Assembly: GCA_964016885.1 (NCBI GenBank)
Contig: OZ024746.1
Span: 95,604,001-95,668,000, forward strand
DNA length: 64,000 nucleotides
Direction: 5' to 3'
Source: Eledone cirrhosa
Lineage: Eukaryota
Part shown: positions 1 through 11,059 of the stretch, in pieces
Position numbering within the stretch: position 1 is the stretch's first letter
How the letters are laid out: every line of letters starts with the position of its first letter
Translations under genes and position numbers: made by a program
Notes under the pieces: generated by a model
What the model was told of the DNA's origin: nothing
Database searches by the model: none
The model's input: only the letters and a program-made list of their open reading frames with translations

Positions 1-89
1 TACTCCTGGCATTCTTATTTTTTGGCAACAATGGTTTTTTTTTTTATTATTCTTTTGTTATTTTTATTTACTTCCTACGATCTTGCAAA

Positions 90-1575
90 CGATATGGTGA
101 GGAAAATGAGGAAACGTAGCGAGGCAGTCAAAGCCTTCAGTGGCCAGGGGAATGTTATCGCCTGGATGAGAAAGATTAAATTGGTTGCCACACTGCAAGG
201 CATCGAAAATGTAGCTGGCCTCATGGCTCTCTATCTCAACGGCAATACACTAGCATTATACTTCAAAATGGATCAGTGAGACCAATTGAATGCGGAGAAG
301 ATAGATCAACGCCTTAAGGAAGTGGTCACTGAGGGGCCTTATGCTGCTTTCGCCAAGCTAGGCAAAGTGAGATGGACAGGAAAGCAGAAATACGGCAGTT
401 AGTTACACTAGGGGAATTCACAGGAGAGAACCTTGAAAGGGCTGTGCAGATGGTGTTTGTGAACAGTTTCCCCGAAGAAATTTCGATGAGGCTCCAACAG
501 TCGCCAGGCAACAAGAAAATGACCACGAGCAAGCTAATTGCACAGGCCTGCACAGTAACATGATCCCTCGTGGACACGGGCTGCACAACGACATTAGTGA
601 CCCCAGAGGTGGTTAAAAAGTGGAGCAGGATGAGTAGTGTGAGAGCAGTTGACGGGAGGAAGATTAGACAGAGATAGCAGTGAGTTGGAGATGGTGGTAC
701 GAGGAAAGAAATTAAGGCTGTGGGCAATCGTGGGGCAGAATCAATGTGGTAATGGGCATGGATGCGATTGGTTACTTAGGAGGCATTATAGTGAGTGAGG
801 TTAGGGTAACCTTTGGTAGTGCAGGAATGCCATGCGCTGTGAGTGTGCAACAGGAGAACGGGGAGATCCATGAAGAAAAATGTGCTGTTCACACCATACA
901 AGACCAGGATTTCAGGGTTGTGTTTGATGTGCAGCAGTGGTACTGGAAAAGAAAGCCCCCTCCCCCATGTTGAAGTACAAAGTGAACTGCTATCAGTATA
1001 CCATGAAAGGGGGTGTTAGAAGCAAGTTTAAGGGAGAGGTGCAAAGATGGATTGAGGAGGGCATATTATTACCTTGGAAGGAGGGGATAAAGAATGGAGT
1101 GTTGCTGTTAATGGCAGTATTGCAACCAAGGTCAGACTGGTGCTGGACTCACGTGAATTGAATGAACATGTGTCATGCCACGCAGGTGGCGGGGTCCCGG
1201 ATGTCTGTGGTGAAACCTTGTGAGAGTGGAGACAAACGACAGAGGCCGCCATGATTGTTGGCTAAAAGTCGGCATATCTGCAGCTACACTTAGCTGGGAA
1301 ATTGTGGAAGTATCGGCTGGTCAGGTATGAGGGCCAGGCTTGGGTTTTGGTTGAATTCCGCACCAAAGATCATGGCGACGGTTGTCAAGGCTTTTCCGGG
1401 GAAGGACAAGGTGAGGAGGGCCACCAATTCCTACATCGACGACATCTTGGTAGATGAGACCATGGTATCGACAGCAATGGTCTGAAGCTATTTAGGAAGG
1501 TTTGGGTTAATTGTTGAAGGCAATAGAAGGAGGTGTCACACTGGGACTCAAGCTGTGAAGAGACAAGACAGGCAC
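90..1575 (+). mobile_element. Decayed Ty3/Gypsy LTR-retrotransposon internal region (gag-protease-RT), many stops and frameshifts
   Basis: Aspartic protease motif LVDTGCTTT at about 567-593, RT-like EVQRWIEEGIL, and catalytic YIDDILV at about 1432-1452. Confidence 0.8.
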
Positions 1576-1705
1576 AAATCTACTCAGCAGGATTTAAACT
1601 GAGAGAGAGTCAGAACGAATACTTCAGAGTATTCTATCCGACGTTCTAACAATTCAATTTGCCGCCTTCTGTTAGAAATTCTATTACATTATCTGTTAAC
1701 AAGAA

Positions 1706-1890
1706 GGCGGTGGATTGGCAGTATCGGTAGAGGGTTGGATGCCATGCTTTGCAGCATAGAGTTACGGCCCTTTATGATCTGAGTTGAAATCCCGTTGAGG
1801 TTAACTTTGCCTGTCATCCTTACGGGGTCGATAAAATAAAGTACCAGTAATGCACTGGGTAATTGCTGGCCTTGTGCCAAAAGTAGAAAT
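1706..1890 (+). mobile_element. tRNA-derived SINE family A (representative copy)
   Basis: A-box-like TGGCAGTATCGGT, B-box-like GAGTT(C/G)AAATCC and conserved core GAGGTTAACTTTGCCTTTCATCCTT...GATAAAATAAAGTACC. Further copies near 6096, 19007, 21715, 24590(-), 25350-26345(-), 27520, 28620, 29719, 36400, 37865, 45815, 46330-46910, 51113, 57175 and 63350(-). Confidence 0.85.
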
Positions 1891-2599
1891 AATTATCTGT
1901 TAACAATGAAATTATTAAATTCTAAACAATACTGAATTGTCAAAATAAGAGATTACGAAAATATTCACCAACAAAAACATATAACTGTTCTAGATTTGTT
2001 TCATTTTTTTTTAACCATGTTCTTATTTTTGTTTCTTATGCCCCCCCCCCCCCCGCCCTCTCTTGTCCGTACGTTTTTGTTTCTTAATTATAAGGGGTAT
2101 TTAGATACCTTTCTCAATCAGTCGTTGCTTACTAGCTCTATACGGACGTTTTAAATTGATTACATAAATAAATAAATGTCAGTAGAGAAAGAGATGCGTT
2201 GAAAACCTAGAATCCTAGAATTATTCCAGTATGTCCCATGTCAGCTTTCAGCGAACATCTATCTACAACTACTTATTATCTTAAGAGAATTCTTTGAATA
2301 TTTCATTCATTCATTCATGTCTCTCACTGCCACATGGTGCTCCGTAAAAACAATGGCAGTTTTCTTTTTACAGACAATCACAAAAAACACACCAAAAGAA
2401 ATGATTAAATATGTGATTTTCTGTGAAATTGCGTTATTGTATTTGTATGTATATGAATAAACGATTTTAAATGCTTAATCGGGAAGAAACCAGAAATATA
2501 TTATTTATTTATGGTCATACATGGAGCAAAGGTGCCACCCAAAGGTTTCAAGGCCCAAAATTGTATTTTAATATATATATATATATATATAAGGGAAAA

Positions 2600-2717
2600 G
2601 GAAAATGTTAGACCCCGACGACAGAGCTCAAGCTTTTCGACGGCTATATCTGGACTCAGAGTCCAGAAATAGCCGTTGAAACGGCTTGAGCTCTGCCGTC
2701 GGAGTCTAACATTTTCC
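2600..2717. repeat. Fold-back inverted repeat (family also at 3780-3905 and 6609-6780)
   Basis: GGAAAATGTTAGACCCCGACG...CGTCGGAGTCTAACATTTTCC. Confidence 0.85.
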
Positions 2718-2796
2718 TATTACCCACTCTACTACCCTAAGTATTGAGTACTCTGGTGCGTTATGGTCCATCTGGTTCCTTACTACACCTCCTTCG

Positions 2797-2837
<41 letters not shown>

Positions 2838-3220
2838 AGTCTCGGGTTCAGTTGGGGGTAACCACAGTAAGGTACTCAATACATTAGTAGAGTATATACA
2901 ACAAATACTCAATATAATAAAGAGAGACAAGATCTGGCATAGATGCGTCTTTCGTCTTCTCGTCAATGATTCGCCAGATCCTATGTTCAGTTGTGTCACT
3001 GACTTGATTTTTCACCCTTTACGTTGCCTCACCATTCTTGTTTATTTACATGTCTCTCTTTCTCCACCCAATTCTTTTTATCCCAATAACTTTATTTAGT
3101 TATTGCTCGTGCTGGCCTGAGGTATATGATCTTTAGTGCGAAGAAATACCTATGATGGCCAGAAGATCACTGATGACGGATAGTCCTGGCTTCTTACTCT
3201 ATTTTTTAATTTATATATAT

Positions 3221-3443
3221 ATAATGTGATTTCCTTCTAACGAAACAGTTCTAGCCCTATAGAGCCATTTCTATATTAAACATAAACTTTACTAACTGTG
3301 GTTACCCCCGACACACACACACGTGTGTGTGTCGGGGGTAACCACAGTAAGTAAGGTACTCAATACATTAGTAAAGTATATGTTTAATATAGAAATGGCT
3401 TCTATAGGGCTAGAACTGTTTCGTTCGAAGGAAATCACATTAT
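3221..3443. repeat. Fold-back inverted repeat with partial hammerhead at both ends
   Basis: Centre ACACACACAC-GTGTGTGTGT; the arms contain GAAACAGTTCTAG, as in the 59083/61874 family. Confidence 0.85.
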
Positions 3444-3910
3444 ATATACATATATATATGAATTAAAAAATAGAGTAAGAAGCCAGGGTGATGTGTTGTT
3501 TCCTTGAGCAAGACACTTTATTTCACATTGCTCTAGTTTACTCAGCTGTATAAATGAGATGATAGGGACCCCAGTCCCTATCATTCCACTGCAAAGTGGC
3601 CGTGGAGGTGCCACGGCAAAAAAGCACCCAGCACTCACTGTAAATGAGGTTGGTGTTAGGAAGGGCATCCAGCTGTAGAAACCAAGCCAGAATCAGTTCC
3701 CATTCCACCCTTGCAAGCAAGGAAAAGCGGACGTAAAATGATGATGATGAATGAAATGATGATGATGATACATATAGGAAAAGCCAGGTCCCTGACGGCT
3801 GAGCTCCGGCCGTTTCGACAGCTAGATCCGAACTCTACTACTTAAGTATCGAGTACTCTGGTGTGTTATGGTCCACCTGGTATCTTACCACACCTTCTTT
3901 GTTATATATA

Positions 3911-4094
3911 CAGGTAAAATTTCATTATAACGAATACCATTTTAACGGGGATTGAAAAATATTTCAGTATAACGAAATATTTTTCAATCCCCGGCCACAA
4001 GCTCGATGTGTTAGGTTGATCTTGTTATAAAGAATTTTTCATTACAACGAATTTTTTTATACCCCGTGAATTTCGTTATAACGGAATTTCACTG
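3911..4094. mobile_element. Tc1/pogo-like MITE
   Basis: Imperfect TIRs CAGGTAAAATTTCATTATAACG / CGTTATAACGGAATTTCACTG in TA context. Confidence 0.6.
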
Positions 4095-4589
4095 TATATA
4101 TATATATATATTCCTTTGTTTCTTTTCCTATCCTGTCTTTTTTAACTTTTCTACCTTACTAATTTCTCTTTCTTTTTAAAATATCCTCTAGATATTTAAT
4201 CTTATATATATATTTGTTGTGTGGAAATAAAATACACTGGATTATCTCGAAAGACATACAAATCGAAATGATTAAATTTATGGTTTTCTGTCAAATTGCA
4301 TTATTACATTTGTGTGTATATGAATAAACAACTTTAAATGATTCAATCGTTGACACACAAATATGAAACATAACATTTCAAAGAAAGACCAAAAACAACT
4401 ACGTTAAAATCTTTTTTATTTAGTTGTTTTACTGCTGGATCCAAAGGATTATGGTAAAGCTCAAAAACCGATTATTTTGTATGTTCGAGGAAGAGAGAAA
4501 GAGACAGAAGCTAATAATGTCGGAATTAGAGGAAATATTGAAACGAGAGAAAGTGAATGAGAGTAATCGATAAAAAAGAAATATATATA

Positions 4590-5370
4590 TATAAGTGTGT
4601 GTGTGTGAGTGAGAGAGAAAGTGTTTGTGAGAGAGAGAGATAGATAGAGAAAGTGTGTGAGGGAGTGAGAGATAGATAGAGAGAGAAAATGTGTGTATGT
4701 GAGGGAGAGAGAAAATGTGAGAGAGAGAAAGTGTGTGAGAGAGAGAGGGGTTACAATCCTGTGAATGTATGGAACAGAATGAAAGACGAAACAAGAAGCA
4801 TGAAATAAAAATGAGAGGAATTAGTATCATTCGACTGGAACAATCCCATTTGATAAGGAGTTTAGGGATGGATGGAGAAATGAGATAGAAATACAGATGA
4901 AAGAAACGAGGGAGAGAGAGAAGTAAGGGATTTGTAAACACACATGGGAGAGAGAGAAAGAATGCCATTGCGTGAGTGAAAAGATAGGGTGAAAGAGAGC
5001 GAAACAAAATTGGGGGAGTGAAGAGAGAGAGAAACAACATTGGAGGGAGTGAAAAGAGAGAGAGAGAGAGAATATTGGGGGAGTGAAGAGAGAGAGATAA
5101 ACAGCATTGGAGGGAGTGAAAAGAGAGAGAGAGAGACAATATTGGAGGGAGTGAGACAATATTGGGGGAGTAGAGAGAGAGAGAAAGATAAACAGCATTG
5201 GAGGGAGTGAAAAGATAGGTTGGAAGAGAGAGAGAGACAACATTAAAGGGAGTGAAAAGAGAGAGACAATATTGGAGGAGTAGAGAGAGAGAAAGATAAA
5301 CAGCATTGGAGGGAGTGAAAAGATAGGTTGGAAGAGAGAGAGAGATAGGGGGAATAGTGAAAGAGAAAGA
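4590..5370. repeat. GA-rich low-complexity / minisatellite tract
   Basis: (GA)n with recurring ATTGGAGGGAGTGAAAAGA units. Confidence 0.85.
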
Positions 5371-5704
5371 GACACAGTCAGAGGGATTTACCAAATATTT
5401 CCATCGCTTCAGATATATTTATGTTTATTAATATGGTAAGTAAAACACCAGCTCTTTCTAGTTCTTCCCATTCCAAATTGACACACACTAAAACTGCAGC
5501 TATATTCCCCGGACATTCTAGTGTAAACTAATTGTAATGTCTCTACTGGGAGATACGATCTGCTATATAATATAATATATTACCATAGCCAGACTGTTTG
5601 CTCCTCTATTAGAAATTATGTGAAAATTAATCGAAGTTCTTAGTCTGTCTATATTTCTCTGCTGCTTTTACTTTATATATATTTACTTTATATATATTTC
5701 TTAT

Positions 5705-6332
5705 TTTATCCGAGTGTTATTTGTTATTTCGTTTTATCCGAAGTTCCATAGATCCGATTTATCCGAGTGTTATTTAACTTACCATTGTTTTATCTGAGTG
5801 TTAACTTACCATTATGTTTTATCCGAGTGTTATTTAACTTACCATTGTTTTATCCGAGTGTTAACTTACCATTATGTTTTATCCGAGTGTTAACTTACCA
5901 TTGTGTTTAATCCGAGTGTTAACTTACCATTGTGTTTAATCCGAGTGTTATTTAACTTACCATTGTTTTATCTGAGTGTTAACTTACCATTATGTTTTAT
6001 CCGAGTGTTATTTGTAATTTCGAGTTATCGTTTTATCCGAAGTTCCATAGATCCGATTTATCCGAGTGTTAACTTACCATTATGTTAACCTCGGTGAGTT
6101 CGAATCCCGCCGAGGTTAACTTTGCCTTTCATCCTTACGGGGTCGATAAAATAAAGTACCAGTAATGCACTGGGTAATTTTTGTCCTTGTGCCAAAAAGT
6201 AGAAACGATTATGTTTTACCCGAGTGTTATTTAACTTACCATTATGTTTTACCCGAGTGTTATTTACCTTACCATTATGTTTTACCCGAGTGTTATTTAA
6301 CTTACCCTTATGTTTTACCCGAGTGTTATTTA
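5705..6332. repeat. Minisatellite, about 28-33-bp unit CCGAGTGTTATTTAACTTACCATTATGTTTTA, interrupted by a SINE A fragment (about 6090-6205)
   Basis: Direct inspection. Confidence 0.85.
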
Positions 6333-6504
6333 AACGACACGCCTTCAATCAGTCGACCTGGCTATGTTTGTTTATATCACAACAAATTGATACGCTTTCG
6401 AATTTTATTATTTCTTTTACTAATACCGATGCATAGAAATAAATGGACATTTGGAATTAATTAGAAATTACTATCTCTCATTTGGTATAAATATTTGCTC
6501 TACG

Positions 6505-6544
<40 letters not shown>

Positions 6545-7444
6545 CCTTATCGAGCCCTCTTCGGATTTTAGTCTTCACATTTAATACTATATATATATAT
6601 ATATATATATGAAAATTTCGGGATCCCCACGGCTGAGCTACTGCCATTTCAACAGCTAGATCCGGAACGGCAGGAGCTCAGCCGTCGGGGTCCCGAATTT
6701 TTCATATCCACTCTACTACCCCAAGTATCGAGTACTCTGGTGAGTAATGGTCTAATTCGTTTTTACCGCCTCCATTCTAATATATATATACACATTCTGA
6801 TATATATGGATGTAGTAAACACCAGCATAGATTTAATTCTTGTACAAGCTTTAGATTTGTTATAGGACAGAAGAAATTTGTATGCGATGTTCATGCCACC
6901 CCTAAAAGCATATGCCGTGTAAAATAAGATGACTTGAAACAGAGAATCGAAATATGGGCGTATTCAAATAAGAACTATAACAATAGTGATACTAATTACT
7001 ACCACCACACACAGCAAGGCTGGCGCTAGAAATACCAGCCAAATCTTCCTTTCATAACACCCTAATGTCTGTCTTCAATAAGGAAATGACATATTGAAAT
7101 AATGTAGCCCTAAATATACCTGAAATATGGTTGGAACACTTTTCACCATAGGTCAGTTCGATCAAGGTTTCTCAGCTGGGTTTAAACGACAGCAATAATA
7201 ACAAACTTCTGGCGATGCTTCTTCTACGGAATGCCATTCTATTTAAAACAAAAGGCCTGCCTCCATGGCTGTCTTTAGACATTTCCCCATACCTATTTAT
7301 TAACCTGAGATTTCCTACCTATGTAAGAAATAATTTAATTAATTAAAAATATCTTTATCCTTTTATTATGACAACTCAGTAAAATTATATTGTGAAGGTT
7401 TGTCCTTAAATTCTTTTACACTTAAATGCGCGTTTTTTTTAAAA

Positions 7445-7484
<40 letters not shown>

Positions 7485-7523
7485 ATATTAAATAAATGGA
7501 AACTATATTTATAAAACCATATT

Positions 7524-7585
7524 TATTCTATTATATATATTTCAAGGGTACCAAAAACTTTGGTACGCTTTCATCAGATAAAATA
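7524..7585 (-). ncRNA. Type I hammerhead ribozyme (Penelope-type)
   Basis: tattttat-CTGATGA-[aagcgtaccaaagtttttggtaccctt]-GAAA-tatata-TA-atagaata; 8-bp stem I, long stem II. Confidence 0.75.
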
Positions 7586-7651
7586 CAAAGAGTGTTTTAT
7601 AAATTTTGACATAACCAAGGAAATCATACCTTATCAGTTGAATCTTCCTTG

Positions 7652-7695
<44 letters not shown>

Positions 7696-8720
7696 ATTAC
7701 CGACAAGTAACCGATTTCAAAAGAAAAAAAATACTGTTGTTTTGATTTCTCGGAGTTTAATGTTCAATATTTATGTTAGTGGACTGAGATTCTTTTATTT
7801 TCGACGTCTCTTGTTTTTCCTATGTCAACTACGTTTCAGAATGTCAGCATTAATTATTATAATTTAAAGCAATGCTGGTTGGTAATCCTTAAGTTTTTAC
7901 AATGCAGGGAATCTTTTTAAACCTTCCACTCACTGAAAAATATGTTTTGTATGAAAATATATATTTTTCTTACTTAATAGTTGATGAATAATTATTAAGT
8001 TTTGTTTACATATAAACAATTTTTATAATGAAGCACCTTCTACTGAAAACGAAACAAAAACGTTTACGTCTGCGAATGATTGAAAAACAGAAAATTCTTT
8101 TCACAGATCGACAATTATCGGAAATATAAATTTTGATTAATAATACATTATTAAATTTTAAGCCGAGTTCACTGACTTTCTCTTTCTCTTAGGCAAAACC
8201 CTAATGTTTATCTAAGAAGTTCTCTGTGTAACAATCTGGGAGATCAATTTATATAACGAATATCGAAATATTCCTTGTTTTAAAACTGTAATCATTATTT
8301 TTCTTATACAAGTAAAGCAAAACGATATTTATGAACAATAGATATAATTTTTCACAAGATCCTTTATAAACTCTCATTTGTTTTTGTTTTTTAATTATTG
8401 GGACGAAATTAGAAGAAATTTAATCATCTTATTGTGGCGTAGGCGAAGAATGAAAGCATGTATACCTGGTTTTTCCATCAAAAGAAATAGGATCGTTATG
8501 TTATGAAGAACTTCTATTTCAAGTAAGTTAATGCAATGGAACAGTTTCGATAAACTGTTCTCTCTTCTTCTAGTCTCTATAGACAGATTATCTTACCCAG
8601 GCCTTCTCAAACATTTTATTTTACTGACCCCCTTGTCACAAAATTTGATTGCTATTCACCCCCTAAACAAATTAATCGAATATAAACTTACAAAACAATT
8701 TACCAGTATTTAATACAGCC

Positions 8721-9094
8721 TACTCTCGGGTCTCTAATAATCGCCTTCCCCCCATCTATTAATTTTTCAGATATTTTCTCCTCCCACCCTCGCTTATTAA
8801 ATTTTTCTAATCTATTTCCAACGAAGTTTTATTTTAAGTAGTAGCATTCTTATGGTAATTGATTTTCTTTATACATTAAAATACATTATACATGACAAAA
8901 AAAATGTACATTACTAGAAATCCCATACGTTATAAAATGAATAGGATGGGTTTGGGTTTCAATATGTAAACTAAACGACTAATTCTGGTTTAAAAAAAAA
9001 CAAACAACGGAGACAACCTAGAAAAATTACCGATTTTCCTAACCTCCCTCCCCGCTTATTTCTCCTCCCCCACTATTATATGGGACCCGAGAGC
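8721..9094. mobile_element. MITE with TIR CTCTCGGGTC.. (Tc1/mariner-like); other copies at 10995-14127 (split by the CRE element) and about 30690-31061
   Basis: Termini TACTCTCGGGTC...GACCCGAGAG; internal sequence shared among three copies. Confidence 0.7.
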
Positions 9095-9219
9095 ACACGA
9101 GAAAAGAATCAGTAGATTATAAATGCAAAACCCTTTAATGCTTGAATTATTTTTTAATGAGAAAGGTGTGTTATGGAGAAATCTACATGATCCAGCGACT
9201 TTTCTTCTCTCGTTATAAA

Positions 9220-9660
9220 GGCACATGGCTTATTGGTTAGAGCATTGGCCTTGCAATTGAGAGGTTGTGAGTTCGATTCTCGGACCGGGTGGTGTATTGA
9301 TTGTGTCATTGAGCAAGACACTTTATTTCACGTTGCTCCAGTTTACTCAGCTGTAGAAATGTGTTGCGACGTCACAGGTGCCAAACTGTATCGGCCATTC
9401 ATTGCCTTTCACTTGGACAACATCAGTGACGTGGACAGGGGAGACTGGTATGCATGGGTGACTGCTGGTCTTCCACAAATACACCTTGCCTAGGCTTGTG
9501 CCTTGGAGGGGAGCTTTCCCTTGGTCAACATCAGTGACATGGAGAGGGGAGACTGCTATGCATGGGTGACTGCTGGTCTTCCACAAACACACCTTGTGCC
9601 TTGGAGGGAAACTTTCTAGGTGAAAAACCATGGTCATTAGTGACCAATGGGAGTCTTTTA
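9220..9660 (+). mobile_element. tRNA-derived SINE family B (representative copy)
   Basis: Head GGCACATGGCTTA.TGGTTAGAGC...GAGTTCGATTC, core GAGCAAGACACTTTATTTCAC.TTGCTCCAGTTTACTCAGCTGTA. Relatives at about 3485-3770, 18540, 34865, 40165-40600(-), 59360-59630, 59672 and 62497, several with (GAT)n tails. Confidence 0.8.
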
Positions 9661-10811
9661 AATGCATCCTAGTAAATCCACTCCGTAATCCCTTCAGCTT
9701 ATATACCCAGCCCCCTGCTAAAATTTTATTCGCTCTTAAGGACCACTGTGAGAAGCCCTGATCTAATCCATAAAATCATGACATCCATTTCATATCTACT
9801 TTTTAAAAAAATTTATCGTAACTAAACTTTTTCTTGTCTTTTATAACAACCTGAACAAATGCAAGCAAACACGCGTACGCACGAATGCACACACACACAC
9901 GAATACACACACACTCACACATGTATGTATTATGTAGTAGTATCCCAGAGACTTTACAGAATGAAAGCTATACCCATTTTCAAAAGAGAAGACATCTCTC
10001 AACCACCCCAAAGTGGGTAAAAATCTCTCCGTCCGACGTGGAGATTTGACATGTCTGATATCCGTATAGGGTTAGATTTAGACCTGGATGGGGGGGGGGG
10101 GGACCTTCACACACACACACACACACACACACATAAAATACACAGCCAACCCCCAATTTTACATATGAAAGTTAGCTTTGTGTAAGTAATTATAATTCAA
10201 AAGTTATACATACAGATATTAAATTCAAAAATTCTAACCATCCTAAAATTTAAAAGCCCAGCTGAGGGCACAAATAAATTGCTACGGCCGTCGCTGGTAG
10301 GCCTTCCACTGCAAGGGACCCGGGGCAATTGCCCCCCTCATTAAACCCGGCCATGAATATCCGTAGGTGTGAAAAGGAAAAAGGAAAACAGTGCTAAATC
10401 GGGAAGAGACTAGAAATATATATTTATGTTCATACACGGAACAAAGGAGCTGCTTAAGGTTTCAAGGCCCAAAATCGTATGAACATGTATATGAACAAAA
10501 ATAATATAATATAACACCCACACACACACATATATTGGGTATGAATCGAAGTTGTAGCTGCCGTATAGCAAGTACTAATCGAGTTGTTTGAGGCAATCGC
10601 AAAGTACACAATGGATCGATAAACTAAACATTATCGTCCAGAGTAAAATACGACAGTTAAAAAGTGACACCAAGAAAAACGACCAAATGCAGTGGCTATG
10701 CTTTTACCACAACAACGATAAATACAAGGTTATATATAGTTACTGTAGTACAAATTTGGTATACATATCCAAGGGTTAGAGCATTCAGTCCTTAGATCGA
10801 GTTAAGTAGAT

Positions 10812-10961
10812 TTAGTTACAACAGTGACATGTACGAGTACTTAAATGTCTGGATTATTCACCTTAACTCATTCAGCCTGTCATTCTTTTTTATGATAGGC
10901 TGAATAAGTTTGGATGAATAACCTACCGACACTTAAGTACCATATATGTCACTGTTGTAAC

Positions 10962-10964
<3 letters not shown>
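10812..10964. repeat. Fold-back inverted repeat
   Basis: TTAGTTACAACAGTGACAT...ATGTCACTGTTGTAACTAA next to (TA)n. Confidence 0.85.
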
Positions 10965-10996
<32 letters not shown>

Positions 10997-11059
10997 TCTC
11001 GGGTCCCAAATAGAGGGTGCGGGTGGAAAATTGGTAATTTTTTTTAGACTGTCTCCGTT

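Noticed and set aside
4429-5394. 321-aa Ser/Leu-rich ORF
   Set aside because: It is a GA/CT low-complexity repeat.
9220-9290. tRNA-like sequences (also SINE A heads)
   Set aside because: There is no complete cloverleaf, and they continue into SINE bodies present in many copies.
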